Positions 25,131-39,500 of a stretch of DNA of 64,000 nucleotides are shown here, one piece after another. This DNA comes from Azolla caroliniana. Its lineage: Eukaryota > Plantae > Polypodiophyta. A program made the position numbers and the translations under genes. The stretch is from contig JBHGNT010000012.1 in assembly GCA_043228905.1 (NCBI GenBank), positions 4,154,001 through 4,218,000 on the forward strand, written 5' to 3'. The first letter of the stretch is position 1; each line of letters opens with the position of its first letter. Under the pieces are notes generated by a model, which saw only the letters and a program-made list of their open reading frames with translations, was not told the origin of the DNA and ran no database searches.

Positions 25131-26873
25131 TTATAGCTAATGGAAGGATATTTTTAGGGAAAATAAATAAATAAATGTATATCCTTGAGTTCTAGGTACT
25201 TGTGCTTATGAGTGTTTGTGTCACTATGTGAAGATTAAGGAAAATGCAAAGAAGTGTGTGCCTGAAGCTAAATAACACAGAACACAAAGAAAGCAAATAC
25301 ATAATTGTTTCATGATCTCTTATAGCTAGGATGTTTTCTGATGCACCCACGAGCGCAGGCGTGTGTGTACACTAAACTTTATATGTAAAACACAATTGAA
25401 AACAAAAAAAATATTGTTTATAAATGAGTGATTCTAAATCTATTCCAAGAGGTAACTGGGAGATAAAAGAAGAAGAATGTAAGTGGCTATGGAGCATTAT
25501 TATTATTTGTTTATGAATTGAAAAGGGCAAAAAGCCAATGACGAACGACAAGTTAATTATGTGTCTCCTATGTTGGAGGACTTCGAAAGCATAATTTGTT
25601 TATTTCTTCTATCAAAGTGCAGCCTTAGAAATCTCCTATAGTGGAAATTTCAATTTTCATAATTACTCTAGGATATATGGATTACTTTGTATTCAGTATG
25701 TAATTTGAGCAATTTCTTATGTTGGTGTATTATATGTAAATTGTAATGTAAGTATTTTCCTTGGCAACTGGAATCTAGCCTAGCCGGTTCATATTTTTGG
25801 AACCTGCTATTTATATAAAATTGAAATAAAAGATAAACAAAAACGTTTATATATTTCTCCCCACTATGCACAGACCGGGTTAAAGGATCCAGGAAAATGT
25901 TTGCAAACACCGTAGACCACGTCAACATATTCAGAAATGTATGTATCCTAATTTATTGCATATGGATGTTTTTTGTCCTTCGCATGGTTCCATTAACCAA
26001 TCAATATGCAAGTGTGCCACACATGCTTGAGAAGAACATATGTTCTTCGAATCATAACCCGCATTCCATAAAGACAAGAGAAATATATGTGAACGCAGTA
26101 CATGTACATGTGTCTCATGCATGGGTTAGCAAGTGTTGCCGCATCTATGCATGCTTCCAAAGATGGTTCCGTGCATGGGTCTAGATATGATAGATATATT
26201 TTTAACGTCCGTGAATTGATGTCCTATCAAGCTTGGGAAGATGTTCTTGATTGATGCCCTATCAAGCTTGCGAAGATGTTCTTGAAACCATAACGAGTGT
26301 TCCATCAAGACTAGAAAAAGATATGGGGAGACAATACACATACACGTGTCTTGTACGTGAGTGAGCAAGTGTTGCCACATGTATGCATGCTTCTGAAGTT
26401 GGTTCTGGGCATAACTCTAGGTAGATAGATACATAAACAAATATTTATCTTTTTAACGTCCATGAACTGATGTCCCATCAATCTAGAAAAATAAATGGAC
26501 ACATACCGAAGATGATGGCAATGTTGCTAAATTCTCTTGGTTTCTCTCTGTTTGAATTATGTTGTTCTCTCGGTTTCTCTCCATTCGAATAATATAATTT
26601 CCACTAGCAAAACGAATCTGGATTGTTTTGTTTATCCCTCGACATTAGAAATCAAATTTAACATTATTAAATTGGGGGGGTTGGTAAACTTCTCTTATTT
26701 TCTCTCTTACAATTCTTGTTTTTTGGTTGTGTTCTATATTAAGACACTCATTTTTTTCATTACTTCACTATCTTTGGTCCTTCCTACCATTGTGGTACTT
26801 GGCTTACCCTTTGCAAATTTTAATGAACTCCTTACTCTTTGATATTGTGAAATGCACATAAGAGATCAAAACT

Positions 26874-29800
26874 TGTTGGAGATCAATTCGTAAAATCACA
26901 AGATCAAACGATGTTGAAAATACACAACACAGGTACACAACGACAGAGTACACAGAGTTTAACGTGGAAACCCTAAAGCGGGAGAAAACCACAGGTAAAC
27001 AAAACTTCACTATACAGTGGATGTACAATCGAAAGATTACAACACTCCGTCCGAGTGTATCAGCCGCGCAGGGCTCTTGGCGTTTGTTGTTGAACACACA
27101 GCTATGGCGCCATTTGCTCTCTCTCTCTCTCTCTCTCGCTCGCGTCTCTCTCACACTTACTTTCTCTCTCAACTTCTATTGTCTACACAACTACACTATT
27201 TTGCCCTAGATGTATATGTATTGATACATCGTATAGCCCATTACAATTGTAGCCACTACCACATATCACAATTATTATTATTGCTATAATAATAAACAAT
27301 CGATTCTCTGTTGTCGAGTCTTCGACTGTCGGCTACTTCCGAACAGTCGGTTCCTTCAACTCTTCGACTGTCGACTACTTCCGAACAACTGGTTCCTCCC
27401 ATTGGAGGGAGATATCCCAAACAAAATCCCCCTTCACCCCTGTGGGAGGGACTCAGTCAATCCTGTCTTCTGTCGACAGATTCTAAGTCTGTCGGTAGGT
27501 AGGTTCTTCGTGAGCATGTCGGATCCATTTTCTCAGTATGGATCTCACCAGGGAAAACTCTCCTCCTTCGACTCTCTCCCGCAACCAGTGATACCTCCTC
27601 TATATGTGCTTGGTTCGGGAGTGGTAAGCAACATTCTTGGCTAGATGTATGGCACTCTGGTTGTCACAGTGAAGCAAGAACTCCCTCTACTTCATCCCTA
27701 GCTCGTTGAGAAAATTTCTCATCCAGATCAGCTCTTTGCCGGCCTCTACCTTTGCCATATACTCTGCCTCTGTAGTCGACAAGGCTACAGACTTCTGCAG
27801 TCGTGATTGCCACGACACTGCTCCCCCTGCATAGGCCATCACGTACCCTGACGGGGATCGGCTCGAGTCTACATCTCCCGACATGTCCGAATCGGTAAAA
27901 CCTTCCAACATAGGTTTTCCGACACCATACCTAAGGCACACCCTCGAGGTGCCTTTCAAGTACCTAAGTATCCACTTCACCGCTGCCCAGTGTTCTCTTG
28001 CTGGATTACTCATATATCCGCTTATTGCTCCCACAACAAATGCTATGTCTAGTCTAGTACAGACCATAGCATACATTAGTCTGCCGACGGCCGACGCATA
28101 TGGTATCTTCCTCATCTCGGCCTTCTCCTTCTCCCCTTTCGGGCACTGCTTCGCATTCAACCTGCAGTTTGTCGGCAACACCGAACCGACTGGCTTTGTG
28201 TCTGACATGTTGAATCTTTCTAGGATCTTCGTCACATACTTTTGTTGTGATAACCATAACACCTTTTGAGTTCTGTCTCGAACTATGTGCATTCCTCATA
28301 TCTATTTAGTTGGTCCAAGGTCTTTCATGGCAAACGACCTGCTTAGAGCTTTCTTCAAGCTTCTGATCTTCCTTGTATCTTGTCATCAACATATAACAAG
28401 AGAATCAAGAAGTCTCCTTCTTTGTACCTTTTGACGAACACACAGTGATTGGTGTGTGTTTTCTAGAACCAGTGTTCCATCATGAAGGACTCAAACTTCT
28501 TGTACCATTGGCATGGAGCTTGTTTTAGACCGTACAAGCTTTTCTTTAGTCGACACACCAAGTTCTCTTTCCCTTTCTCCTCAAAGCCTTCGGGTTGCTG
28601 CATGTAGATTTCTTCTTCTAGCTCTCGTGTGAGAATGCGGTTTTGACATCCAACTGTTCGATCTCCAGGTCCATACGGACCGCTATACTCAGAACAGTTT
28701 GAATGGATGTCATCTTCATGACTGGTGCAAATATTTCATCGAAGTCGACGCCCTTTTTCTGTTGAAAACCCTTCACCATTATGCGGGCTTTATACCTGGG
28801 CTCACTGTCGGCTTCTCCAGTCTTCACCTTATAGACCCATTTATTCCTAAGTGCTCTCTTACCTTTCGGCAACTCTACTAGGTCGTAGGTGTAATTCTCG
28901 TGCAAGGATTCCAACTCATCTTGCATCGCGTTCATCCATTTCTCTTTGTGCTCATCGGCAATGGCTTCTTCATAACACTCCGGTTCACCTTCATCAATCA
29001 AGAGGATGTATTGATTGGCATATGTTGTCGGTGCTTTCGTTTCTCTGAGTGGGTATCTCCTTCCACTCGTTGTTGGCTCTCTTTCGAATTTCTCTGCCAA
29101 CTCTTCTCTTCGCTTGGGTTCTTGCATGTCAATCGACATCTCCAGGTTGGACGACTCCAACTCATACTCTTCAATTGACCTTAGTAGCTCTGCTGACTCT
29201 GACTCATAGTCGATTGGTCTCTCCGAGTCGACTGACTTAGATTCGGCTTTTCCGATTGGCCGTCTCCGAACAACCGACGTTGTTGGTTCACTTGGCCTTA
29301 AGTCAATGGTAGTCGGGGTTGACTGGGGAGTCGGTTCTGACTTCTGTTGCTTCCAATCTTCAATCGTCTTATCTTCAAGAAAGACTACGTCCCGACTATT
29401 CACTACCCTCTTGTCGACTAGGTCCCATAGCCTATAGCCGAACTCATCTTCCGAGTATTCCATGAATATGCATGCTTTCGACTTACTGTCGAGCTTTGAC
29501 GTCTGATCCTTCGGTACATGCATATACACCAAACATCTGAACACCCTCAGGTGTTGGTAGGAGACATCCTTCCCTATCCACACTCTTTGTGGAACATCAC
29601 CCTTTAATGGTATTGAGGGAGACCTGTTGATAAGATAAACAACTGTGTACATCGCCTCAACCCAATAGGATTTCGGCAGTTTCGCATGAGAGAGCATGCT
29701 CGTTACCCTCTCCATGATTGTTCGATTCATCCTCTTTGCAAGCCCGTTCAACTCTGGGGTCTTTGGCATTGTGTATTCGATCCGAATACCTTGGCACTTG

Positions 29801-32015
29801 CAATACTCCTCAAACTGCCCTCTATATTCACCACTGTTGTCGGTTTGGATAGCCTTCAACTTCCGACTTGACTCTCGTTCAGCTCTAGCCTGGAACTCCT
29901 TGAAAAATGACAGTACTTGATCCTTCGACTTCAGTACAAAGGCCCATGTCTTCCGACTATAGTCGTCAATAAATGTCACAAAGTACTGTTCACCTCGATG
30001 CGATGGAGCATCTATATAGCACACATCCGTGTGTACTAGTTCCAGTGGCACTTCTCTTCTTCTCGGTGGTCTTGTGTGGAAAGCTGCTCTGTTTTGCTTT
30101 CCGACTAAGCTGTTGACGTACTTCTCCAGGTGCACTCCCTTGACTTTTGGTAGAAGCTTTTGGTCGGCTAGCAGGTGCATTCCTTTCTCACTCATGTGGC
30201 CTAGCCTCTTATGCCATACCTCTCTTGCTGAGTCGGCTGCCACATTTACTTCCGATTTGCACAACTGGGCATGCATCATATATAATGTGCCTTCTTTCTG
30301 TGCTCGGGCCACTATAAGATTCCCTCGGCAGAACTTCCACTTGCCATTCCGAAAACTACCACTATAGCCTTCGTCATCTAACCTTCCAGTCGATATCAGA
30401 TTCAATCTGATATCAGGGACGTGTCGAACATTCTTCAAAGTCAGTCGACACCCTGTTGACGTCGTCAAGCAAAGACTTTCGACTCCGGTTATCTTGCACT
30501 CTACACTATCACCCATCTTCACATAACCGTGATCTACAGCTATGTAAGTCGAGAAATACTCTCTCGACAGAGTTATGTGGAACGATGCCCCGGAATCAAT
30601 CACCCAAGTGCATTCTTCACTTGCAAGATTTGCTCTTGTCTGTTCGCAGATGAACATCAGTTCTTCATTGCTCGTAGCAATGGCAGAAGTGTTCTTGTCA
30701 TCAGGAATCTTCCTTGGTTTGACATTGTTTCCGACACCCTTGTATTTTCTCATGTGTCGGCAGTCCTTCTGGAAGTGTCCAGGTTTACCACAATAAAAGC
30801 ACACTAGCTTACCTCTGGACTTCGATCTGGCTTAGCTCTTTTCTCTCCTTGGTGGACTTCTTTGCCGGTTCCATCCTCTGTCCGAATGTTGTGTTACATT
30901 CGACTCCGACTGAGCCAAGACTCCCTTGTCCTTCCTTCTTGCCTCCTCATTTAGGATGCTTGTCTTTACGGTTTGTAAAGACAAGTTCTCTTCTTGACAA
31001 GAGGTGCTGAGAGTGACCACCAGGTTCTCCCAGCTATTCGGTAGTGTGCACATAAAAAGGATGGCCTGCATCGCATCATCCAGGATTCACATACCCCATG
31101 AATGTGCTGATGTGTTCGAAGATGCGCTCACCGTCCCTGTATTTCAGTCGTACGATCTTTCTTATCAGTGAGGTTCTATTGAGCACGTTCTTCCTCTCAT
31201 ATAGACCCAACAACTTCTGCCACATCTCGTGTGCATTTGTGTCGTTTGCTACATGTTGCAAGACACTTATGTTGACACATTGTCGGATGGTGGCCACCGC
31301 CTTTCTGTTAAGAAGTTTCCAATCCGACTCCAATACCCCCTTGGGTATATCTGCTCTGTCGACTGGCTTGTACAAGTCTTTTACTATGAGTAGGTCCTCC
31401 ATCTTTATCTTCTAGTCGGCATAGTTTTATGCGTTTAGAACTATCACACCTGGGAAACCGCTCACACCTCCTTCCATGCTTGCACCTCAAGCTCTGATAC
31501 CAGATTGTTGGAGATCGATTTGTAAAATCACAAGATCAAACGATGCTGAAAATACACAACACAGGTACACAACGACAGAGTACACAGAGTTTAACGTGGA
31601 AACCCTAAAGCGGGAGAAAACCACGGGTAAACAGAACTTCACTATACAGTGGATGTACAATCGAAAGATTACAACACTCCGTCCGAGTGTATTAGCCGCG
31701 TAGGGCTCTTGGCATTTGCTATTGCACACACAGCTATGGTGCCGTTTGCTCTCTCTCTCTCTCTCTCTCTCGCTCGTGTCTCTCTCACGCTTATTTTCTT
31801 TCTCAACTTCTACTGTCTACACAACTACACTATTTTGCCCTAGATGTATATGTACTGATACATCGTGTAGCCCATTACAATTGTAGCCACTGCCACATAT
31901 CACAATTATTATTATTGCTATAATAATAAACAATCGACTCTCTGTTGTCAACTCTTCGACTGTCGGTTACTTCCGAACAGTCGGTTCCTCCCACTGGAGG
32001 GACATATCCCCAACA
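26874..32015 (-). mobile_element. Copia-1: full-length degenerate Ty1/Copia (Tnt1-like)
   Basis: LTRs 26874-27423 and 31506-32015; TSD aaact/aaacc; tRNA-iMet PBS (rc gctctgatacca) 31491-31502; PPT after 27423. Confidence 0.95.
27453..31477 (-). pseudogene. Copia-1 gag-PR-IN-RT-RH polyprotein, disrupted
   Basis: ORF pieces: gag MEDLLIVKDLY, CCHC CFYCGKPGHFQKDC, PR WVIDSGAS, IN VHTDV/FIDD/PELNGLA, RT QLDVKTAF, RH ALSTTEAEY. Several stops and frameshifts. Confidence 0.9.
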
Positions 32016-34713
32016 AAACCAACCTATTTAGCTTCTTACTTCTTACTCAATTTATAGTTGATACAAAGGTACCCATTTGGGTTGGCGTAGCTAAAAAGGG
32101 TGTGCTGAAAGGGTGGATCGGCTTAGGTACATGCATCTTAAAAAGGGTGTGCTAAAAGGGTGGCACAAAGGAACACATGCACACCACATTTCCCCCTTAA
32201 GAGAAACAAGAGACTGAGGAGCAGGAACAAGAACAAGAACAGGAGTGCAGGCTTGTCGAAGGAGGGGTTGGGGAAAGATCAATTAGAGGATAAAGATCAA
32301 TCTCTCCCGTGGACTGAGGGCCACCTGCACTTGGTTGAGGTGGGGGACAGGAGGACTATAGGCAGATAGAGATCAATTGCTCCTATGGACTGAGGGCCTC
32401 TTGGACTTGTGTGGAAATAACGCTCGGCCACAACCGAGTCTTCAACAAGGAATAGAAGCGAATAAACTAAAACAAAGATGAGACAGAATGTTAATGTGGA
32501 AAACCCTAAGTGTGAAAAACCACGGGAGCCCACAGACTCCAACTATCACTATGAGGGCAAGAATACAATGTGAGACTCAGAGGCAACGATCTCGAGCTCT
32601 TTGTCTTCGCCAAACCGGCGGTTACAACAGAAACTAGTTCTGTATCTCTCTCTCTCACTCACTCTCTGTATACAACAATATACAACCACTACTACACCAT
32701 ATTCTCTCACTAAAGTGATTTCCCTAAGTCATATTTATACTTATATGAATTTTGGGCTATTTACAAATATAACCTCAATAGACTAACGATGAAACATATT
32801 TACACATATGTCCTTCGATCCGGTTTGCACCGGATCCATCAGGATTCACTTGATCCGGTTTCCGGGTCTCATCCGGATCCAGTTCCTTCATCTGACTCAT
32901 CCGATCTGACTCCTCCAGTTCTCATCCAGATCCCACTCGGAGGGACCGAATTCCTAACAAACTCCCCCTTCACTTCGGCATGAGATTTCTCGTTAATCCA
33001 ATCCATCTTCTGCACGCGTCGAGCTTGTCAACTGACAACACCTTGGTCATCATATCCGATCAATTCTCCTTCGTGTGGACCTTCGTCAGCACGAAATTTT
33101 GATCTTCTACTCTCTCCCAGATCTAGTGATACCTCTGTTGGATGTGCTTCGTCTAGGAATGGTAGGCCACATTGTTTGCAAGGTGGATGACACTTTGACT
33201 GTCACAGTAGAGCCGGATCCCTAGCTCTCCGATAAAGTCCTTCATCCAAATTAACTCCTTGCCGGCTTCCACAACTACCATGTACTCCGCTTCCGTTGTC
33301 GATAGTGCAACGAACTTCTGCAGCCTCGACTGCCATGATATTGCTCCCCTCGGATAAGTCATGACATATCCGGATGTAGACCGGCTGGTATCCGCATCAA
33401 CCGACATATCCGAATCCATGAATCCGTCAAGTTGGGGTTTACTGGAGCCAAAATGGAGGCACATACTCGAGGTGCCTTTCAGATACTATAGTATCCACTT
33501 GACCGCGTTCCAATGCTCTCTTCCCGGATTGGTCATGAACTGACTGACTACTCCGACAACATATGCAATATCCAGCCAGGTGCACACTATTGCATACATT
33601 AAGCTTCCGACGGTAGAGGCATATAGTATCTTCGTCATATCCGACTTCTCTACCTTTGTCTTCAGGCTCTGCTTTCCGGACAACTTGCAATTTTCCGGAA
33701 GTGTCGATCCAACCGATTTCACCTCTGACATGTTGAACCTTTGAAGCACCTTTGTCACGTACTTCTCCTGTGACAACCACAACAACTTCTCTGACTGGTC
33801 CCGGATTATGTGCATCTCTAATATCTGTCTTACTGGACCCAAATCTTTCATTGAGAAAGTCTGGTTCAGGGCCTTTTTTAGCATTCGGATCTTGACTTGG
33901 TCTCGTTCGACGATCAACATGTCGTCCACGTACAAGAGCAATATCAGGAAATCTCCTCCGTCAAATTTCTTCACAAACACGCCGTGATCGGCTTGCGTCT
34001 TGTAGTACCCTTGATCCTTCATGAAGGAGTCGAACTTCCGGTACCATTACTGGGGGGTTTGCTTCAATCCGTTGTCGTGAAGAAAACTGTCCACGAGCGG
34101 AATCAGTGCACTAGAGTGTAGAAACCGACTCTTCATGCACGTGCGCCTTAAGTTGTACATAGGAGATCCTAGGTAGATTTGGTAGGTAGGGAGTAAAGGG
34201 GAAACGGCCCCTTCCTTGCCTATAAAAGGAGGGAGACGAGGAGGGGCGAAGGATCGCGGAGAGTCGAGGACGAAGTGCTGTCGGTTTGCGCGCGAAGGCT
34301 TCTCTCTCTCTCTCTAGTTCGCAAACTCCATAGCTTCCTTCTATGCAGGTTTCGGGAGGCTCGCGCTGCTCTGAGGAATGCCCGAGTGCTTCCGGCAGCA
34401 CCTCCAACCTGCTCCTGTCTTTTTGTACGTTTACGAACAGGCATCGGCATCTGTTCGCCGGCCTGTTCGGTTGTAACCAACTTCGAGGTTTTGTTATCTT
34501 CGTGTTCTTGTTGTTTGTCCTTGTTAATACATACATACATTCGTGTCTTTCTGTGTCGCTGTCCCACTTGCGTCTTTGCGTCGAAGGGCCGTGTCCCTGT
34601 GGATCTATGCACGCAAGTAGAGGGTCTCTACTCCTTCCTCTCTTGCTCTTTGGTACAGGACCCCAGAGGTTCCGCCTCACTCCACGCATCCGCGAGGAAT
34701 ACCTCGACATCTT

Positions 34714-34731
34714 TGGTGAACCCGACGTGAA
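34714..34731 (+). promoter_or_regulatory. Primer-binding site complementary to tRNA-Trp 3' end
   Basis: TGGTGAACCCGACGTGAA is the reverse complement of TTCACGTCGGGTTCACCA, the plant cytosolic tRNA-Trp 3' end as recalled. It lies 4 nt after the 5' LTR. Confidence 0.85.
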
Positions 34732-36514
34732 GGAGGCGGCAGAAGAGCAGAAGATGAAAGGGTCGGATCTTGCGGAGGCCATGGCTTCAGTCGTGGATCA
34801 GATATTGAGTACACGCGAGGGCACCGGCGCCCTCGATAGAGCCATAGAGGCGGTCGTCGGTACGATCGGCCGGTTCAGCGGAAGGGATGCCACGAAGTAT
34901 TTGGCGTCCTACGGGGCAGAAATGCTGATGCGGGATATTCCGGAAGAGAGGCGTCTTGCCGGGTTCCCTCGAGTGGCGATGCCGAGCATCCATGCGGAGG
35001 TGCTCGAGGTACGGGCGGAGAGCCGTACCTGGGAGGAGTTCGAAGGCCGACTCCTGGAAAAATACGGGCTGGACGACGCGCTCCGGCTTTCGAAACGAGA
35101 CTTCATGGAATGGGTGGAGTCCCCCGGCAAGGGAAGAAATGCATCGGCACTCCTCCGGGAGTTCGAAGAACGCTTTGCGCGCCTTTCGGCGCTTGACTGA
35201 ACCGTTCTGGATACGAGCCGGGTCCTACTGTTCGTCAAGTCGGTGGACGAGCGAGACAGGGATCAAGTGGGCTCCTTGCTGGAAACCGAAGACGGGCTGA
35301 CAACCGACTGGGCTGCGGTTAAGAGAGTCTGTGGCCGTTTCGACAAACGGCGAGAATGGGCTGACAACGGGGCGGCCGGTGCGAGCTCTGTCACAGCAAG
35401 GAGACTTGAACCGGCACCGCAAGTGCGAAGGGAAGAAACCCGGGAATGGCTCGAAACCGGTCCGGCTTTGACCGGCATGGTCAATGGCTCGTCCGGAGGA
35501 GCAGCGCTGGAGGAGTTGACGCGGGCGATAAAGGATCTCCAGATCGCCCAGGCTCGAAGGCAAGGCGGCGAACCAGCTCGGGACCGACGGCCGGCAGCGG
35601 GGAACAGGTGCATGTGGTGCGACGAGGTCGGCCACATTCGGAAGGACTGCGGCGATTTCGCAGAGGCGTTGAGAAACAGGGTGGTGTACCTGTGGGAAGG
35701 CCGGGTGCACGCTGGCGACACCAGGAGGGCCCTGAACCGAAACGACGGGCGAGGAGGTATGAAGAGACTGATGGAAGAGGCAGCGGCCTGATACGTGGAG
35801 GCCATCCACTACTCGGTGTCGGCCGGTATTCGGGTTGGGGGCAGCGAGGCCCGAAAGGAGAGCAAAGACGGTTTCTGGTCGGCAATGCTGGAAGGCCTCG
35901 CCGGCGCACGGCTGAGGGAAGATGAAACGGACCGCGCTGAGAGACGGGTCCGGGAAATAACCGGGTGGAGCGATCCGGTCGAGGAGAAGACGGGCTTCGT
36001 AGAGGCCGCCTGCCGGAACTACGAGGCTCTGGTAGAAGAAAAACGAGTGGGGAAAGCCGGAGCGGCCGGGCCCTCACAACGGTACGAGACCCGATCCGGG
36101 CAACGATGGAACGATGCCGGTGGGTCCGGCTCGCGAGATAACCCCAGGAAGGGCGGATACCGACTGGGGACGGAAATAGAAAGGACTACGGACCTACGGA
36201 AGGTCCTAGAGGAACGGATCCTTGACAACAAGGTGGAGCTGTCATTGCGGGAGGTGCTAGGGATCGCCAAGAAGGAGTTCCACGACTCCATTGTAGACTT
36301 GGTGAAACGGAAGAGACTGTCGACGGAGACGGAACTGGAAAGACTGGTGGAGGTGCGGACGATGCACATCGACGACTCGGCGCTGGAAGATGAGTGGGCG
36401 GAGAGCCACTATTCGAGGCCACACTGGGCCCGAGTGACCACGGAGACCCCGGTAAAGATCGGAGATGTTCAGGAACCGGTGGTGGCGTTGGTGGACCACG
36501 GTTCGGAAATAAAC

Positions 36515-39500
36515 TGTTGAACACAGTGCTCGGCCACCACCGAGGAATAGGATCAACTCACAGAAAACAGGAAATACACAATGCACGAAGACAATAGAGA
36601 GAAGAGTACACAGGATGTTTTACGTGGAAAACCCTAAATGGGAAAAACCACGGGAGTCCTCAAACTCCGACTATCACTATACGCAGAGATGTACAATGGT
36701 GAAGTTACAAGGCAACAACCTTGAGCTCACTGTCTTCGCCACAGGCGGCGGTAATACACAGAGGCAACGACCTCTTCGTCTCTCTCTCTCTCGGCTGCTC
36801 ACTTAGCTCCCTCTAAGTGGAAAAACCAGAAAAATGAGTAACAACTTCAAACTGTTTGCCCTAAGTCATATTTATACACATATGACTTTCGGGCTATTTA
36901 CAAAATATAGCCTCAAGGGCCCTTGGCAAACATATTCACAAATATGTCCCCGCATCCGGATCTCTCTCCGGGTACATTCATCATCCGGCTCCGTAGCCGG
37001 GGTCTTCATCATCCGGCTCCGTAGCCGGGGTCTTCATCATCCGGCTTCCCGGACATCTGACCATCCCATCCGGAGGGACCGTAATCCCAACAAACTCCCC
37101 CTTCACTTCGGCATGGGATGTCTTTCCAATCCGACCCTCTTCCGGCACGCTTCCAGCTTGTCGGGTGTGAGCACTTTGGTCAGCATATCTAACCCGTTCT
37201 CGTCCGTGTGGATCTTCGTCAGCACGAACTCCTGGTCTTCTATCCTTTCCCGGATCCAGTGATATCTTCGCTAGATGTGCTTCGTCCGGGAGTGATAGGC
37301 CGCATTCTTCGCAAGGTGGATGGCACTCTGACTGTCGCAGTAGAGTCGGTACTCCTCCTGCCGGATACCGAGCTCTCTAATGAAGTCCTTCATCCATATT
37401 ATTTCCTTGCCGGCTTCAACAGCCGCCATGTACTCCGCCTCCGTGGTTGACAACGCAACCGTCTTCTGCAGCCTCGACTGCCACGAAACAGCTCCCCCTG
37501 CATACGTCATCACATACCCTGATGTGGACCGGCTGGTATCTGCATCAGCCGACATATCCGAATCGGTAAAGCCGTCGAGTTCGGGCTTACCGGAGCCGAA
37601 TCGGAGGCACACGTTTGCCGTGCCCTTCAGGTATCGGAGTATCCACTTGACCGCGTTCCAGTGCTCTTTGCCGGGATTGCTCATGTACCGGCTCACCACT
37701 CCGACTGCATATCCTATGTCCGGTCTTGTACACACCATTGCGTACATCAAGCTTCCGACGGCAGAGGCATATGGTACTTTCATCATGTTCTCCTTCTCAG
37801 CCTTTGTCTTGGGGCTTTGCTTGGTGAACAACTTGCAGTTTGCCGGGAGGGTTGACCCGACCGGTCTTGCTTCCGACATGTTGAACCGGTGAAGCACCTT
37901 TGTCATGTACTTCTCCTGTGACAGCCACAACTGCTTCTTCTTCCGGTCCCGGATGATATGCATCCCTAGTATTTGCCTCGCCGGACCCAGGTCCTTCATT
38001 GAGAAGGTTCGGTGAAGCGCTTTCTTCAGCATCCGTATCTTGACCTGGTCCCGTCCGACGATCAACATGTCGTCCACATACAGGAGGAGTATTAGAAAGT
38101 CTCCTCCTTCGAACTTCTTCACAAACACGCAGTGATCGGACTGCGTTTTGTGGTACCCTTCGTCGGTCATGAAAGAGTCGAACTTCCGGTACCATTGCCG
38201 GGGAGCCTGCTTCAGTCCGTAAAGGCTCTTCTTCAACCGGCATACCAGGTGCTCCTTCCCTTTCTTCTCGAATCCTTCCGGTTGCTGCATGTAGATCTCT
38301 TCTTCGAGGTCACCGTGAAGGAATGCCGTCTTCACGTCCATCTGTTCTACCTCGAGGTCCATGCTTGCCGCTATGCTCAGCACCGTCCGGATGGAGGTCA
38401 TCTTCACTACCGAGGAAAATATCTCGTCGAAGTCGACGCCCTTCTTCTGCTGGAACCCCTTCACCACGATCCTGGCTTTGTATCTCGGGGGTTTCCGGCA
38501 TCTCCCGGTTTCAACTTGAACACCCACTTGTTTCGAAGTGCCCGCTTTCCTTTCGGCAACTCCACAAGTTCATATGTGTGGTTCTCATGCAGGGAATCCA
38601 TCTCCTCCTGCATGGCACTTAACCACCTGTGGCTATGGGTGTCAAGCTTTGCTTCTTCAAAACTCTCCGGCTCCCCCTCGTCGGTTAGCAGCACGTGCTC
38701 TGGTTCCGGAAATCTCCGGGGGGCCCTTCTCTCTCTTAGAGGATATCTCCGTTCCGGAGCTTCGGTAACCGGCTCCTCCGTTTCCTCTTCATCCGAATCC
38801 ATTTCGGGATCGGGACCGGTTCCGGTATCAGTTTTATCTTCCTCGGCCGGTTCTGTTTCTTCACCGTCTTCGGCCGGATCCTCGAGTGCTAACCGGTCCC
38901 TTGCCGGTCGGGACTGCTCCTCGTAGAGTTGATCCTCACCGGTCGACTTGGAGCTCTTCATCTTCTTCTCCGACTCCCAGTCGGCGAGTGTCTTGTCCTC
39001 CATGAAGATGATATCACGACTCCGGAATATCTTTTTGTCGACCGGGTCCCATACTCGGTAGCTGAACTCATCATCGCCGTAACCGAGGAATATGCATGGC
39101 CGGGTCTTTGGATCTAGCTTTCCTCTCCGGTCCTTTGCCACATGCACATATGCGAGACACCCGAACACCTTCAAATGCCGGTAGGATACTTCCCTACCGG
39201 TCCACACTCTCTGCGGCGTGTCTCCGTCCAGAGGTACTGAGGGTGATCTGTTTATCACGTATGTCGCCGTCGACATTGCCTCAGCCCAAAACCCCTTGGG
39301 TAATTTCGCATGCGCCAGCATACTCCAGACCCTCTCCATTATGGTCCGGTTCATCCTCTCGGCCAGCCCGTTCAGTTCCGACGTCTTCGGCACAGTAAAC
39401 TCGAGCCGGATTCCCTTCGAGCGACAGTACTCCTCGAACTGCCCCCGGTATTCCCCTCCGTTATCCGCTCGTATCGCTTTCAGCTTCTTGCCGGATTCCC

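Noticed and set aside
34111-34782. ORFs of 130-223 aa over the Gypsy LTRs (also 45710-46377)
   Set aside because: They lie in GC-rich LTR sequence on both strands, are duplicated only because the LTR is, and have no domain signal.
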